This document shows, one piece after another, positions 9,717-21,753 of a DNA stretch of 64,000 nucleotides (within the stretch, counting starts at the first letter, position 1; every line of letters starts with the position of its first letter). The DNA comes from Bdellovibrionota bacterium. Its GTDB lineage: Bacteria; Bdellovibrionota_C; UBA2361; JBGSMV01. Below the pieces are notes generated by a model. That model made no database searches. It was given only the letters and a program-made list of their open reading frames with translations, and was not told the origin of the DNA. The position numbers were made by a program, and so were the translations under genes. The stretch spans positions 15,465-79,464 of the forward strand of contig JBIKWF010000007.1 of assembly GCA_044356455.1 (NCBI GenBank), given 5' to 3'.

Positions 9717-11150
9717 TTACGGCCTTAGCTCTTCAGTCACCGAGCTCTCCTCATGGTCTGGAGATGCCTCATGGGTGCTAGCAGCCCAGAACGCTCTGCT
9801 GAGCGTGACTGGATTAAAGCCAGTGATTTCACGCCCTGAGTTCCCATAGTTCAAGTGCCACACAGGAATCTTAAGGCCCTCGGAAATCGCAATGAGCGCG
9901 CCAGGGGAGGGAATCTTGTCCACGTGCGTAAGCAGAAGACCTGAGAATGAACCTTCAGCGAGGAAGCGTTTTCCCTGTGTCAGCGCCTGTTCGGGTGAGC
10001 TCGCATCGAGTACGAGAATGGTATCATGCGGCGGATAGGGCTGCTCTCTTGCAATCATGGCCGCGATGTTTGTTACTGCTTCGGATACCTTGCCCTTTGG
10101 CGTGAAACCAGAGGGTGTATCGAGAAGCAGCACATCTGCTTTTTCGTCTTGGGCGCGGTGAATTGCCTTGTAGGCGACGTGATGCGGTTTGCTGTTGACG
10201 ATAGGAGCTACCACATCGAGTCCGTAGGTTGCCCTCCAAGAAGTGAGCGATATTCCAGACGTTCTATGATCGGGGGTGCAGTCAGCAAGCACCACACGGG
10301 CATTCATGGTGAGTGCTTCACGTGCCAACCCAACGGCCGCAGTTGTTTTGCCCGATTTCTCAGCCCCGACCAGGAGAAGAGTTCGGAGTCGTCTTTCACC
10401 TGCGGCTGGCTTCCAATTGATTGGGCCTGAAGTTGCGAATTTATCCTTGAAGCTTGCTTCAAAGAGCGCGGCAAGTACCGAGGGGCTTAAAGTTTCCGGG
10501 TGCCCGTTAGAGTCGGATTGAGCCAGCTGAGAAGCAATTTGCTTTACGGTGCTTTCAGTGAGAAGGCTGTCGAGCTGATGGTCGCGCAGTGCTTTTCGCA
10601 AGATTTCGATGAATTTCTTGGGCCCATGATTGGAAGCAGCAGAGAGGGAAGTAAGGTCCCTGAAGAGGAGCTCTCGCCATGGCGTGAGCACTTCAATAAG
10701 GGTTGGTACGGATTCTTCTTCGACCACGGTCGTAGTTTCTGTCGGCGGCGTAGAAGGGGCTGGCTCTGCTGGAACTTCGGGTTCCTGCGCTTCAAGGCTA
10801 AGCCCAGCCGCGGGAGATTCAGCGATGCGCTCAAGACGTTCGAGCCGCTCTTGCAGTTCGCGGTCGGTATCGCTCACCAATGCTAAGCCAGAGCCTCCCA
10901 CTTGGCCCTTTGCAATTCGATCTTCGACATTTTCGAGGCGTGTTTCCGCAATGCCCATCTGCTTGGTGAGGTGCGTAGCGGTATTATTGAGCTTGGTGGT
11001 GAGGTCATCTAATCGAATGCTGAGCTCTTGTTCGCGCTCTCGGCCCGCACGAACCTCTCGCGCGAGAGCGCGGAGCAGAGATTGTCGTTGAAGACTGTGC
11101 GAGAGGAGTAAGATTCCAATTACGCACAGAGCAATTCCAAGCAGGGTCAT
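9717..11150 (-). CDS. FtsY-like (SRP GTPase NG-domain) protein with N-terminal TM and coiled coil; GTPase motifs degenerate
   Basis: LLLVGAEKSGKTT, VVLADC, ADVLLLDTPSG, PHDTILVLDAS, GLLLTHVD are collinear with FtsY; ATG at 11150 preferred. Confidence 0.75.
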   Translation of the reverse strand: MTLLGIALCVIGILLLSHSLQRQSLLRALAREVRAGREREQELSIRLDDLTTKLNNTATHLTKQMGIAETRLENVEDRIAKGQVGGSGLALVSDTDRELQERLERLERIAESPAAGLSLEAQEPEVPAEPAPSTPPTETTTVVEEESVPTLIEVLTPWRELLFRDLTSLSAASNHGPKKFIEILRKALRDHQLDSLLTESTVKQIASQLAQSDSNGHPETLSPSVLAALFEASFKDKFATSGPINWKPAAGERRLRTLLLVGAEKSGKTTAAVGLAREALTMNARVVLADCTPDHRTSGISLTSWRATYGLDVVAPIVNSKPHHVAYKAIHRAQDEKADVLLLDTPSGFTPKGKVSEAVTNIAAMIAREQPYPPHDTILVLDASSPEQALTQGKRFLAEGSFSGLLLTHVDKIPSPGALIAISEGLKIPVWHLNYGNSGREITGFNPVTLSRAFWAASTHEASPDHEESSVTEELRP

Positions 11151-11375
11151 AAGACACTGACCTTTGAGCAATCAAATGTAGACGAGTCCAGCCAAGGGAT
11201 ACGTCGGCGTACCTCCAAAAAATGATGAGTCTTTAAGAGAGGGGGCATTTCCCCCTAGGGGGGAGACCTCGGGGGGCGGTAAAGATGAGCTAAAAAGCTA
11301 ATATCGTTGAGAGAATTTTAGTCCTTTTCGGGCTCTCGAATTCCGACCACAATTTCGAGATAGTGCTCTCGGTAG

Positions 11376-13172
<1,797 letters not shown>

Positions 13173-13215
13173 TTTGCAAGATGTAGTGTCGTGATTTAGA
13201 AGGTCAGTGAAAAAC

Positions 13216-13353
13216 CTAAGGAAGCTCTGAAAAAATCTGCTCTGTGAACTCTGTGCCCTCTGTGGTTAATTTAAATTGTTGAAAAACCACAGAGGGCACA
13301 GAGAACACGGAGGGAAAGAAATAAAATATCTAGGTTTTTCAGAGGTTCCCTAA
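13216..13353 (+). mobile_element. MITE-like nested palindrome, subtype A, with CTAA direct flanks
   Basis: CTAA-GGAAGCTCTGAAAAAA...TTTTTCAGAGGTTCC-CTAA. Confidence 0.88.
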
Positions 13354-13354
13354 G

Positions 13355-13407
13355 TAACGCGAAGGAATTCGAAGGTTAACTTCGCGATCTTCGTGTCCTT
13401 CGCGTTA
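13355..13407. repeat. Shell-less periodic hairpin
   Basis: TAACGCGAAGGAATTCGAAG ... CTTCGTGTCCTTCGCGTTA. Confidence 0.7.
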
Positions 13408-13449
13408 AAGTTCCTTTACAAATCTTAAGAGCGTTTGCAACCAAACACA

Positions 13450-13494
13450 CTAGGAAACCTCTGAATATATCCTCCTTCGTGTTCTCCGTGGTTG
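13450..13494. repeat. Truncated MITE-like half copy
   Basis: CTAG-GAAACCTCTGAA followed by CTTCGTGTTCTCCGTGGTT (one arm only). Confidence 0.55.
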
Positions 13495-13545
13495 TTCTTC
13501 AAAAATCCCATTGAGACCATAAAGCCGAGGTAAAGAAGTTTCTCT

Positions 13546-14787
13546 ATGGCGCTTAATTTTGACTTGATGGTTGCAGGAGGAGGCGCGGCCGGCTACTTCG
13601 CCGCGCTGCGAGCTGCCGCAATCCAGCCCGGCGCCCGGGTGTGCATTCTTGAAAGTGGCAGAAAGGCACTCGAGAAAGTAAAGATCTCTGGCGGCGGACG
13701 CTGCAATGTTACCCATGCCTGCTTTGATCCCAAAGATCTTATGGCCTTCTACCCCCGCGGAGCCAAAGAGCTTCGAGGAGCTTTCCACCGCTTTCAGCCG
13801 AAAGACACCATAGAATGGTTCGCACAGAGAGGCGTGCAGCTTAAAACAGAAGACGACGGCCGCATGTTTCCGGTTACTGACTCTTCTTCCACGATTCTTG
13901 AATGTTTTGAGAAGGAGCGCCTAGCCAGAGGCGTTGACCTCTATCTTGGAACCGGAGTCGTAAGTGCAGAGAAGCAAGAGTCTGGTTTTAAGGTTGGCCT
14001 CTCTGATGGGCAAACATTCGAGACAAGAGCGCTCCTTTTAGCCTCAGGAAGCAGCCGCACAGGCCACGCCATTGCGCGCTCACTGGGACACACTATTACG
14101 CCGCTTGCTCCTTCGCTCTTTACTTTTAATTGCTCCGAGGCAGGGCTGCGAGAGCTGGCGGGAGTGGCCGCAGAGCGTGTTAGTGCATCGCTTTTTGTAG
14201 AGGGAAGGAAGGTTGCCTCAAGTGAGGGGCCGCTCCTTATTACGCATTGGGGACTTAGTGGTCCCGCGGTGCTCAAGCTTTCCGCCTGGGCGGCGAGGGA
14301 GCTTGAGGCTTCTAAGTACCATGCAGTGCTGCGTATTGATTGGTGTCCTTCGCTCAAGGAAGAGCAGCTTAAGGCGGCGCTTCTTGAAGCAAAGGAGAGT
14401 CAAGCGCGCAAACTCATCGCCAAGAGCTCGCCTCTGGGACTTCCTCTGCGCCTTTGGGAATTTATCGTGCGAGAGCTCCTTTCAGATGGGGCAGATCGCC
14501 CTTGGGGACAAATGCGGCAAGAGTCTCTCCACGCACTTGCTCGAAGCCTCAAAGCGTATGAGCTGAAGATTGATGGTAAAGGGCAGTTTAAGGAGGAGTT
14601 TGTGACCTGTGGCGGGGTCTTGCTCTCCGAGATAGATTTTAGGTTCATGCAAAGCAAGCTTGTCCCTGGGCTCTATTTTGCGGGAGAGATTCTGGATATC
14701 GATGGCGTGACGGGGGGCTTCAATTTTCAGAGCGCTTGGACTACGGGGTGGATAGCAGGCAGTTCGGTAGGGGGCACTGCTTGGTAG
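13546..14787 (+). CDS. HI0933/YhiN-family NAD(P)/FAD-dependent oxidoreductase
   Basis: GGGAAG, KVKISGGGRCNVT, GRMFP, THWGLSGPAVL, VTCGGV, GLYFAGEILDIDGVTGGFNFQ. Confidence 0.92.
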   Translation: MALNFDLMVAGGGAAGYFAALRAAAIQPGARVCILESGRKALEKVKISGGGRCNVTHACFDPKDLMAFYPRGAKELRGAFHRFQPKDTIEWFAQRGVQLKTEDDGRMFPVTDSSSTILECFEKERLARGVDLYLGTGVVSAEKQESGFKVGLSDGQTFETRALLLASGSSRTGHAIARSLGHTITPLAPSLFTFNCSEAGLRELAGVAAERVSASLFVEGRKVASSEGPLLITHWGLSGPAVLKLSAWAARELEASKYHAVLRIDWCPSLKEEQLKAALLEAKESQARKLIAKSSPLGLPLRLWEFIVRELLSDGADRPWGQMRQESLHALARSLKAYELKIDGKGQFKEEFVTCGGVLLSEIDFRFMQSKLVPGLYFAGEILDIDGVTGGFNFQSAWTTGWIAGSSVGGTAW

Positions 14788-14816
14788 GGACTGGGATCGT
14801 TGTAAGGGAACAGAAG

Positions 14817-15884
14817 ATGATTCGATATTGGTGTGCGATTGTGGCTCTCTTTGTCTGCGTTGGGCTTGTTCATGCCGAGGGGGAAACCCCCTTTAAAGTA
14901 GGAGTTGTGCTTCCCCTCACAGGAGAGCTTGCTGAATACGGCACAGCTGCGAAGAACGGAATTGAACTTGCAAAGAAGGAGCGGCCAGAGATTTTTTCTA
15001 ATCTGTCCTTTGTTTTCGACGACTCGCAATACGATAGCAAGATGGCGCTCTCTAGTTTCAAGAGGCTCAAGAATGTGGAGGGGGTATCTGTCATTTACCT
15101 ATGGGGATACGGACCTAGCCAGGTGGTAGCGTCGGTTGCCGAACAGGAAAAATTCCCCCTTTTCGCGGTGACCGGGGATAGGTCGGTTTCGTCTGACAGA
15201 AAGTATGTCGTAAGATTTGGTTACTCGATTGAGAACATCGCAAAGGCTCTGCTTGCACATACCAGGGCACACAATTTCAAAAAGCTTGGAGTTATAAAGA
15301 CAGAATTGGCCTATATGAATGGGTTGATTGAAGCCATGAAGGCTAATCTTGACGATTCGGAGCAGATTGAATTGGTCGAGACCTTCCAGTTCGGAGACTC
15401 TGACTTTAAGACGGTAATTGCTAAGCTGCGTCAGAGAAAGTTCGATTCACTCGGGGTATTTCTAATCGGTGGGCAGGCAAGTCAATTCTATCGTCAGAGT
15501 CACAAATTAGGTTACAAGCCTCAGACTTTCGGGACGGACTTCTTCGATAGCTTGAGCGTGGCGAAGGATGCTGAGGGCGCCATGGAAGGTGTGGTGTTCG
15601 CGGGGCCAGCCTATGACTCTGGGTTTGTCGCACGCTATAAGGAGACCTTTGGCAACGACCTTCAAGTCGCTTGGGCCGCCAATAGCTACGAGTTCGCTAT
15701 GCTTACTGCAGAGCTCTTCGGAAAGGACTCTTCCACCAAGACCGCCGATAGTGTTCTTGAGCGCTACCGAAGTGCGTCTGCTGAGCGTGGCCATGCCGCG
15801 CGATATGTATATGACAAGGGCGACTTTGATTTTCAGGTAGCGCTTCGGCGAATCGAGGTTGATCGAATAGTGGACCTTCCCTAG
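14817..15884 (+). CDS. Periplasmic ABC-type substrate-binding protein (Leu/Ile/Val-binding-like fold)
   Basis: Signal peptide then KVGVVLPLTGELAEYG...FDDSQYD...DFKTVIAKL; ATG at 14817. Confidence 0.82.
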   Translation: MIRYWCAIVALFVCVGLVHAEGETPFKVGVVLPLTGELAEYGTAAKNGIELAKKERPEIFSNLSFVFDDSQYDSKMALSSFKRLKNVEGVSVIYLWGYGPSQVVASVAEQEKFPLFAVTGDRSVSSDRKYVVRFGYSIENIAKALLAHTRAHNFKKLGVIKTELAYMNGLIEAMKANLDDSEQIELVETFQFGDSDFKTVIAKLRQRKFDSLGVFLIGGQASQFYRQSHKLGYKPQTFGTDFFDSLSVAKDAEGAMEGVVFAGPAYDSGFVARYKETFGNDLQVAWAANSYEFAMLTAELFGKDSSTKTADSVLERYRSASAERGHAARYVYDKGDFDFQVALRRIEVDRIVDLP

Positions 15885-16065
15885 GAGTTCGGAGTCGGAG
15901 ATGGAACAGAAGGACTCGTGGCAATTAGGCATCCACTTGCGCTAGATCCTGGGTTTCGGCATGTGCGAGAGGGCGATGTGGCCTTGTCTCCGCTGCTGGC
16001 TGAACTTTAAGCGCTGCTCAGGGCAAAGTTGAAAAAGTGCCAAGCTTAGGAGAAGCTCGCCGCCT

Positions 16066-16914
16066 ATGACAACCAAGGAAGTTCCAATAGCAAAGAACAT
16101 CAAGGTAGGCGGGGCAAACAAGCTGCTCCTTATATCGGGCCCCTGCCAAATTGAGTCTTTAGATCATTGCCTGTTAATTGCCGACTTTTTGCAAAAGGCA
16201 GTCCAGTCCTTGCCGATTAACTTGGTCTTTAAATCCTCTTTCGACAAGGCCAACCGAACCAGCAGCAAGGGAAAGCGCGGAATTGGAATTGATGCGGGAC
16301 TTGAGGTGCTTGCCAAGGTTCGAGAGAAAACAGGACTTCCTGTTTTAACCGATATCCATTCGCCGGAGCAGGCCGCTCAAGCAGCCGGGGTTGTTGATGT
16401 GCTCCAAACACCTGCGTTCCTTTGCCGCCAGACAGATTTATTGAAGGCAGTCGGGGCAACCGGTAAGCCCGTCAATGTAAAGAAGGGGCAGTTCTTGCAT
16501 CCTGCTGATATGCAGTTTGTTGCCGAGAAAATTGCTTCCTCTGGTAACGAGAAGATTCTTCTCTGTGAGCGCGGGACGTCGTTCGGATACCGCGATCTTA
16601 TCGTTGACCCGCGTAGCTTGCATATCATGAAGGGCCTTGGGTATCCCGTAGTGCTCGACGCTACTCACTCGGTTCAGAGTATGGGGTCTGCGGGTGCAGG
16701 AGGGGAGGGCTCCTCTGGTGGACATCGTGAGTTTATTGAGCCTTTGGCTCGTGCGGGTGCTGCGCTAGGGATCGACGGGCTCTTTATCGAATGTCACGAC
16801 AACCCGGAGCAGGCACCTTCGGATGGGCCTAGCATGCTGAGGCTCGCGGATGTTCCGCGGCTCCTTAAGAGCGTGTGCGCGATTAGGGAGGCCTATCTGT
16901 CGTCGGTAGGGTAG
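16066..16914 (+). CDS. kdsA: KDO-8-phosphate synthase
   Basis: GPCQIES, KSSFDKANRTS, PAFLCRQTDLL, NVKKGQF, ERGTSFGY, DATHSVQ. Confidence 0.97.
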   Translation: MTTKEVPIAKNIKVGGANKLLLISGPCQIESLDHCLLIADFLQKAVQSLPINLVFKSSFDKANRTSSKGKRGIGIDAGLEVLAKVREKTGLPVLTDIHSPEQAAQAAGVVDVLQTPAFLCRQTDLLKAVGATGKPVNVKKGQFLHPADMQFVAEKIASSGNEKILLCERGTSFGYRDLIVDPRSLHIMKGLGYPVVLDATHSVQSMGSAGAGGEGSSGGHREFIEPLARAGAALGIDGLFIECHDNPEQAPSDGPSMLRLADVPRLLKSVCAIREAYLSSVG

Positions 16915-16937
16915 GGGGGGAGTTAGGTCACGCGACT

Positions 16938-17000
16938 CTCTTAGTGGTCTTAATGGGATGTTATTAAAGACAACCACTAAGACCACAGAGAACACTAAGA
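16938..17000. repeat. Shell-less periodic hairpin (one arm shortened)
   Basis: CTCTTAGTGGTCTTAATGG ... CCACTAAGACCACAGAGAACACTAAGA; close relative of 31435-31509. Confidence 0.7.
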
Positions 17001-17075
17001 CGAAGTAACTCCCGCTGAGGGTGGTGCGTCACGTACTTGCTATTGTAGACTGCGACCTGCAGATTTCGGCCCCTT

Positions 17076-17867
17076 ATGCGACTAACTCGATCTCAAAGTA
17101 TCTTTATCTCTGTTGGCGTTCTTTTGCTCTTCTTCGGCGGAGCCTCGGTGCTTGTGCAGCGTAATCGCCGGCCAACTTTCAAGCCGATTGAGTCTATCAA
17201 CTCTAGTGCAGCTTCCCCTAGTGCAGCTTCCCCTAGTGCAGTGGCCTCTAATGCAGTGGCCTCTAATGCAGTGGCGTCACCACAAGAACTTTCCTCTGGA
17301 TTGCCCTTGAATGGAACTGCTTCTTCTCCGAGCGGGGAGCTCCCGGCTGGAGTAAATCCCCTAGCGGGAACCTCGCCCTTCACGCTTAACCAATTCCAGC
17401 GCAGTGAGATGAAGGATGGGAAGAAGATTTGGGAAGTTAAAGCGGCGCAAGGCCAGTATTTTCCTAGTGAATCAAGAGCAACCGTGCGGAATGCTGAACT
17501 TTATGTGTATTCCAAAAACGGAGAGCAGGTCACCTTGTGGGCTGACTCAGGGGATCTCTATCTTAGCGGTCCCTCGCTGAGCCGCGCAGAGGTGCAAGGG
17601 CGAGTCCGCGTCGTTCGCAATGACGAGCTGACCATTACCACTGAGCGAGCTCTTTATGACAAAGAGAAGAACCTCGTGCACATTCCAGGCTCCGTGAAGA
17701 TTGAGAGCGCGCAGTTCGATGTGTCAGGAGAAGAGATGACGGTGGATCTAGAGTCTCGGGTAGTGCGTTTGTCCAAGAATGTAGAAACAGTGGTGCGTCC
17801 TGCAGCGAAGAATGAGTCTGCGCACGTGGATGAAAAAATTGTCGCGGAATCGGAGAGCAAGTCATGA
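17076..17867 (+). CDS. lptC: LPS export protein LptC
   Basis: N-terminal TM, low-complexity linker, beta-jellyroll-like C-terminus (WEVKAAQG, LTITTERALYD); lies between kdsA and lptA. Confidence 0.8.
   Translation: MRLTRSQSIFISVGVLLLFFGGASVLVQRNRRPTFKPIESINSSAASPSAASPSAVASNAVASNAVASPQELSSGLPLNGTASSPSGELPAGVNPLAGTSPFTLNQFQRSEMKDGKKIWEVKAAQGQYFPSESRATVRNAELYVYSKNGEQVTLWADSGDLYLSGPSLSRAEVQGRVRVVRNDELTITTERALYDKEKNLVHIPGSVKIESAQFDVSGEEMTVDLESRVVRLSKNVETVVRPAAKNESAHVDEKIVAESESKS
17202..17276 (+). repeat. In-frame 15-bp tandem repeat x5 in the lptC linker
   Basis: Encodes SSAAS-PSAAS-PSAVA-SNAVA-SNAVA. Confidence 0.85.
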
Positions 17868-18541
17868 AGTTCGTGAGATTCGGGTCACTTGTTGCGGTAA
17901 GTCTTCTTGTGGTGTTTGGCGTAGCCCTTGAGACAAGCGCCGCTCCTAAAGATGGCACTCTTCAAAAGGGTTCGAAGCAGGACAATTTGAAAAAAGAAAG
18001 TGCGAAAAAATCGCCTCAAGCTTCTGAGTCAAAAACTGCGCTCTCGAAGCCTTCGGAACAGAAAGTCGCTAAAAAGTCGGGACTTCCCATTCCCGGGGGG
18101 AGCGAGATGAGTAAGCTTCCCACATTCATTAAGTCCAGCTCTCTCGTACTCAAGGGAAATGACCGCGTATTTGCTTACGAAGGTGGAGTCGAGGTTCGGC
18201 AGGGAGATCTTACGCTTACGGCAGCCTCCCTTGAAGGAAAGTACACTGAGAAAAATCAAATTGATCAACTTACCGCGAAAGACAACGTGGTGATTGTTAA
18301 GGGCGAGAATATTCGAGCGACGGGCGAGCGCGCGATTTTCGAGAACGCTACCCAGACTATAACTTTGACGAATAACCCTGAGCTGCAGCAGGAGGGGAGT
18401 GTGCTGACGGCAGACACCATCAAGATATTTCTCGAAGAGAATCGTAGCGTGGCTGAGGGCAATGTGCGTGTGAAGCTTGTGAAGAAAGAAGCAGATACGG
18501 CGGGTGCGCCTGCGCTGCCAGGGCTTGGGAGCTTTAAGTAG
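17864..18541 (+). CDS. lptA: LPS export periplasmic protein LptA
   Basis: Signal peptide; YEGGVEVRQGDLTLTA...NPELQQEGSVLTADTI; ATGA overlap with lptC. Confidence 0.85.
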   Translation: MKFVRFGSLVAVSLLVVFGVALETSAAPKDGTLQKGSKQDNLKKESAKKSPQASESKTALSKPSEQKVAKKSGLPIPGGSEMSKLPTFIKSSSLVLKGNDRVFAYEGGVEVRQGDLTLTAASLEGKYTEKNQIDQLTAKDNVVIVKGENIRATGERAIFENATQTITLTNNPELQQEGSVLTADTIKIFLEENRSVAEGNVRVKLVKKEADTAGAPALPGLGSFK

Positions 18542-18552
18542 ACTCTACAAAA

Positions 18553-18867
18553 TTACGATATAAGCGAGGCTAGCAGTGAACCAATCGCGGTTCCAATTAC
18601 TACGGCGCTCATGAGACGGAGCGGGGAGCTTCTCGCTTGAGGCGTGCCAGATTCCGATGCGGCATACTGAGGGGAAATAGTCAGAGCCGAAATAGACTGA
18701 AGAGAACTTGATGGCGGCAGGTCAGAGCAGCGGCCTTTAAATAATTTCCAGTTTGAAGAGACACCTCCCTCCTTCGCCAAGCGCGACGGGGAATGCACCT
18801 CGAAATCTTCGTCGCCTTCTAGCCCCTGCTGACGCAGAAGCTGATGAGCGCGCTCAAGAGTAAACAT
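18553..18867 (-). CDS. Small hypothetical protein with C-terminal hydrophobic helix
   Basis: 104-aa ATG ORF filling the gap; no recognised motif. Confidence 0.45.
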   Translation of the reverse strand: MFTLERAHQLLRQQGLEGDEDFEVHSPSRLAKEGGVSSNWKLFKGRCSDLPPSSSLQSISALTISPQYAASESGTPQARSSPLRLMSAVVIGTAIGSLLASLIS

Positions 18868-19110
18868 GGTTTCGCGGTTCTAGCGCCAACTCGCCGCCTG
18901 ATCAACCCCTGCAAAAAGAGGTTTTAGAAAGCTTGTTCCATTGGTTAAATTGTTGAAAATATTTGAGTTGTTTGCTCTTTCGTGGTTGCTCTGCTTGGGG
19001 GGCTGCGTTTTAGTCAACTAGGCTGCGCACTTCATGGTACATTCCTGCGCCTCGTCTCGCATAGCTTTGGTACTTGCTGCTGCAGCACGAACTCTTTGGT
19101 GTGTTCCTTC

Positions 19111-21753
19111 ATGAGGAGAGATAGTCTCGTCCCACTTGGAATTAGCGCCGCCGCATTGGTGCTACTCGCCTTTCTGTCCGTTACCCTTGTCGCCCATGAC
19201 TTACATTCTTTGTGGGACCCCGGCACCATTGCCGCTTTAACTTCTTCCTTGGTCCTTTGTGCGCTCATCCCGCTGCTCATTCGGCAACGAGTAAGAAACA
19301 TCCTTGAAGAGCGCACCAACTCAATCCGAGAGGACAATCATAGGCTCCAGGCGCAGCAGCATGCGCTGCTACGCATCGCCAATAGCAAGGTGATTTTTGG
19401 CGGCGTTATTGAAAATGCTCTGCGCGAATTGACCGAGATTGGCGCAATTACTCTTAACGTTGAGAGGGTGGGAGTATGGCTTTTTAATGAAACTCAGACT
19501 TCGATAAGATGCTTCTGCCTCTACGAGCGCACACCGCGTCGATTCTCAGAAGGCGCCACTTTTGGAGCGGAGAGTGCGCCCCGATACTTTGCCGCAATCC
19601 GCACGCACCGCGTCTTAGTAGCAGAGGATGTGGCAACTAACCCGCTCACGAATGAGTTCTCTTTTCTTTCCGAGCTGGGTGTTACCTCAATGCTGGACGC
19701 GCCTATTTTTGTGAACGGCGCCCTCTTTGGGATTGTGTGCCATGAACATATAGGTCCTCCACGCAAGTGGTCAGCGGATGAGCAAAATTTTGCAAGCTCT
19801 CTCGCAGACATGGTTGCCATGGCCTATGAGGTGCATGAGCGCCGGCGCGTTGAGGGCGAGCTGCGCAGAACTTCGCGCGCTATAGAAGCTTCGCTTGAGG
19901 GAATCGCAATTATCGAGCGCGATGAAACCTTCAGTTTTGTGAATCCTGCCTTTGCCCGAACGTTCGGCTATGACCGAAACGAGGAGCTCCTTGGAAAAAG
20001 CTGGAGGGTGCTCTACGAGCAATCGCAGCTTCGTAAACTTGAGCGGCATGTCTTTATTAGCTTTATGCGGGCAGGGAATCTGCAGACAGAAGCCGTTGGC
20101 CTTCGCAAGGATGGGTCTACGTTTGCGCAGGAGCTCTCGCTCACCGCCCTTGGTGATGGTGGGCTTGTGTGTATTGTGCGGGATTGTTCTCAGCGTAAAG
20201 AGGCTGAGCAGCACCTGCTTGAAAGCCGGCGCTTTCTTCGAAAGGTTATCGATACCGATCCCAATTTTATCTTTGTAAAGGATTCGGAGGGCCGGTTTAC
20301 CTTGGTAAATCAGGCGGTGGCAGAGGCGTATGGGACTACGGTTGAGCAGCTGGTGGGAAAAACCGATGCCGACTTTAATTCCAGGCCGCAGGAGGTTCAG
20401 CATTTCAACGCGGACGATCAGTATGTCCTACAAACGGGCAAGGAGCTTTTAGTCGGCGAAGAGCGTATTACTGATGCCAAGGGCAGGGAGCGTGTGCTGC
20501 AGACGGTAAAGCGGCCTCTAGTGGTGCCTGGTCGCCGAGATCTACACGTTCTTGGCGTATCTACGGATATCACCCAGCGCAGAGAACTTCAGGACCAGTT
20601 GGTACACGCGCAGAAGATGGAGGCCTTGGGGCAATTGGCGGGCGGCATTGCACATGACTTTAATAATCTGATGACGGGGGTCCTGGGCTACACGACGCTC
20701 GTGAAGCTTGAATCGAGCGATCGCCCCGAGGTTTATAAGAGTGCTGATATTATTGAGCAGGCTGCACTTCGTGCCGCGGAGCTTACTCAGAAATTGTTGG
20801 GCTTCGCGCGGAAAGGGAAACATCAAAATACTCCAGTCGATTTGCACGCGACCATAGAGGAAACTCTTGCGATAATTAAGCGTACCATCCGTCCTTCCAT
20901 ACGCGTAGTGACAGAGTTGACCGCGCAGAATCGCTTCGTGCTTGGAGATCCGATTCAGCTTCAGCAGATTATTCTGAATCTGGCAATTAATGCCCGAGAT
21001 GCCATGGACCCTGATATCGGGGGATCCTCGGGCGGGGTGTTGTGTATTAGTACTCGCAATAGGCCCGTAACCGGTCATGGCGATTCTGAGGCGAAAGAGG
21101 GCGAATTTTTGGAGATTGAAGTACGCGACACTGGTTGCGGAATTGACGAAGATAAAAAGATAAAAGTATTTGAGCCGTTTTATACCACCAAAGTTGATGG
21201 CCGTGGGAGTGGGATGGGACTCGCGATGGTGTACGGAATTGTTTCAAATCATGGCGGGAACATTACTCTCGAAAGTCAGAAAGGTAAGGGGACCTCATTT
21301 TTCATAAGTCTCCCCTCGGTTGCGCCGAGACTTGTGGACCTCGTCGAGCGTAAAATTGATGCTCCTGCGCATGGACGTGGCTGTATTCTTGTAGTTGACG
21401 ATCACGACGTGGCACGCTCTGCGACGACGGCGATGCTTGAGTCACTTGGCTACGAGGTGGTGGCAGTGAAAGACGGCGTTGAGGCGGTGCAGTATGTTTC
21501 CGAGCATGTGGGGAGCGTCAACTTAGTGGTGCTTGATTTTATTATGCCGGGCATGAGTGCTGCCGAGTGTTTGGAATCCCTGCGCAACCTGGATTCTAAT
21601 CTTCGAGTCGTCCTTTCTACAGGATTCGCCAATAGTCTCTCGGTGCAGCGTTTGCTTGAGGCTGAAGGAGTATTTGGGATGGTACAGAAACCATTTCAAC
21701 TAGCTCGGCTCTCGCATGTGGTTTCCGAAGCCCTGCAGTCTAAGACTCATTAG
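19111..21753 (+). CDS. Hybrid sensor histidine kinase (2TM-GAF-PAS-PAS-HisKA-HATPase-REC)
   Basis: QKMEALGQLAGGIAHDFNN, NLAINARDAM, DTGCGI, FEPFYTTK, GSGMGL, ILVVDD; ATG at 19111 preferred. Confidence 0.93.
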   Translation: MRRDSLVPLGISAAALVLLAFLSVTLVAHDLHSLWDPGTIAALTSSLVLCALIPLLIRQRVRNILEERTNSIREDNHRLQAQQHALLRIANSKVIFGGVIENALRELTEIGAITLNVERVGVWLFNETQTSIRCFCLYERTPRRFSEGATFGAESAPRYFAAIRTHRVLVAEDVATNPLTNEFSFLSELGVTSMLDAPIFVNGALFGIVCHEHIGPPRKWSADEQNFASSLADMVAMAYEVHERRRVEGELRRTSRAIEASLEGIAIIERDETFSFVNPAFARTFGYDRNEELLGKSWRVLYEQSQLRKLERHVFISFMRAGNLQTEAVGLRKDGSTFAQELSLTALGDGGLVCIVRDCSQRKEAEQHLLESRRFLRKVIDTDPNFIFVKDSEGRFTLVNQAVAEAYGTTVEQLVGKTDADFNSRPQEVQHFNADDQYVLQTGKELLVGEERITDAKGRERVLQTVKRPLVVPGRRDLHVLGVSTDITQRRELQDQLVHAQKMEALGQLAGGIAHDFNNLMTGVLGYTTLVKLESSDRPEVYKSADIIEQAALRAAELTQKLLGFARKGKHQNTPVDLHATIEETLAIIKRTIRPSIRVVTELTAQNRFVLGDPIQLQQIILNLAINARDAMDPDIGGSSGGVLCISTRNRPVTGHGDSEAKEGEFLEIEVRDTGCGIDEDKKIKVFEPFYTTKVDGRGSGMGLAMVYGIVSNHGGNITLESQKGKGTSFFISLPSVAPRLVDLVERKIDAPAHGRGCILVVDDHDVARSATTAMLESLGYEVVAVKDGVEAVQYVSEHVGSVNLVVLDFIMPGMSAAECLESLRNLDSNLRVVLSTGFANSLSVQRLLEAEGVFGMVQKPFQLARLSHVVSEALQSKTH

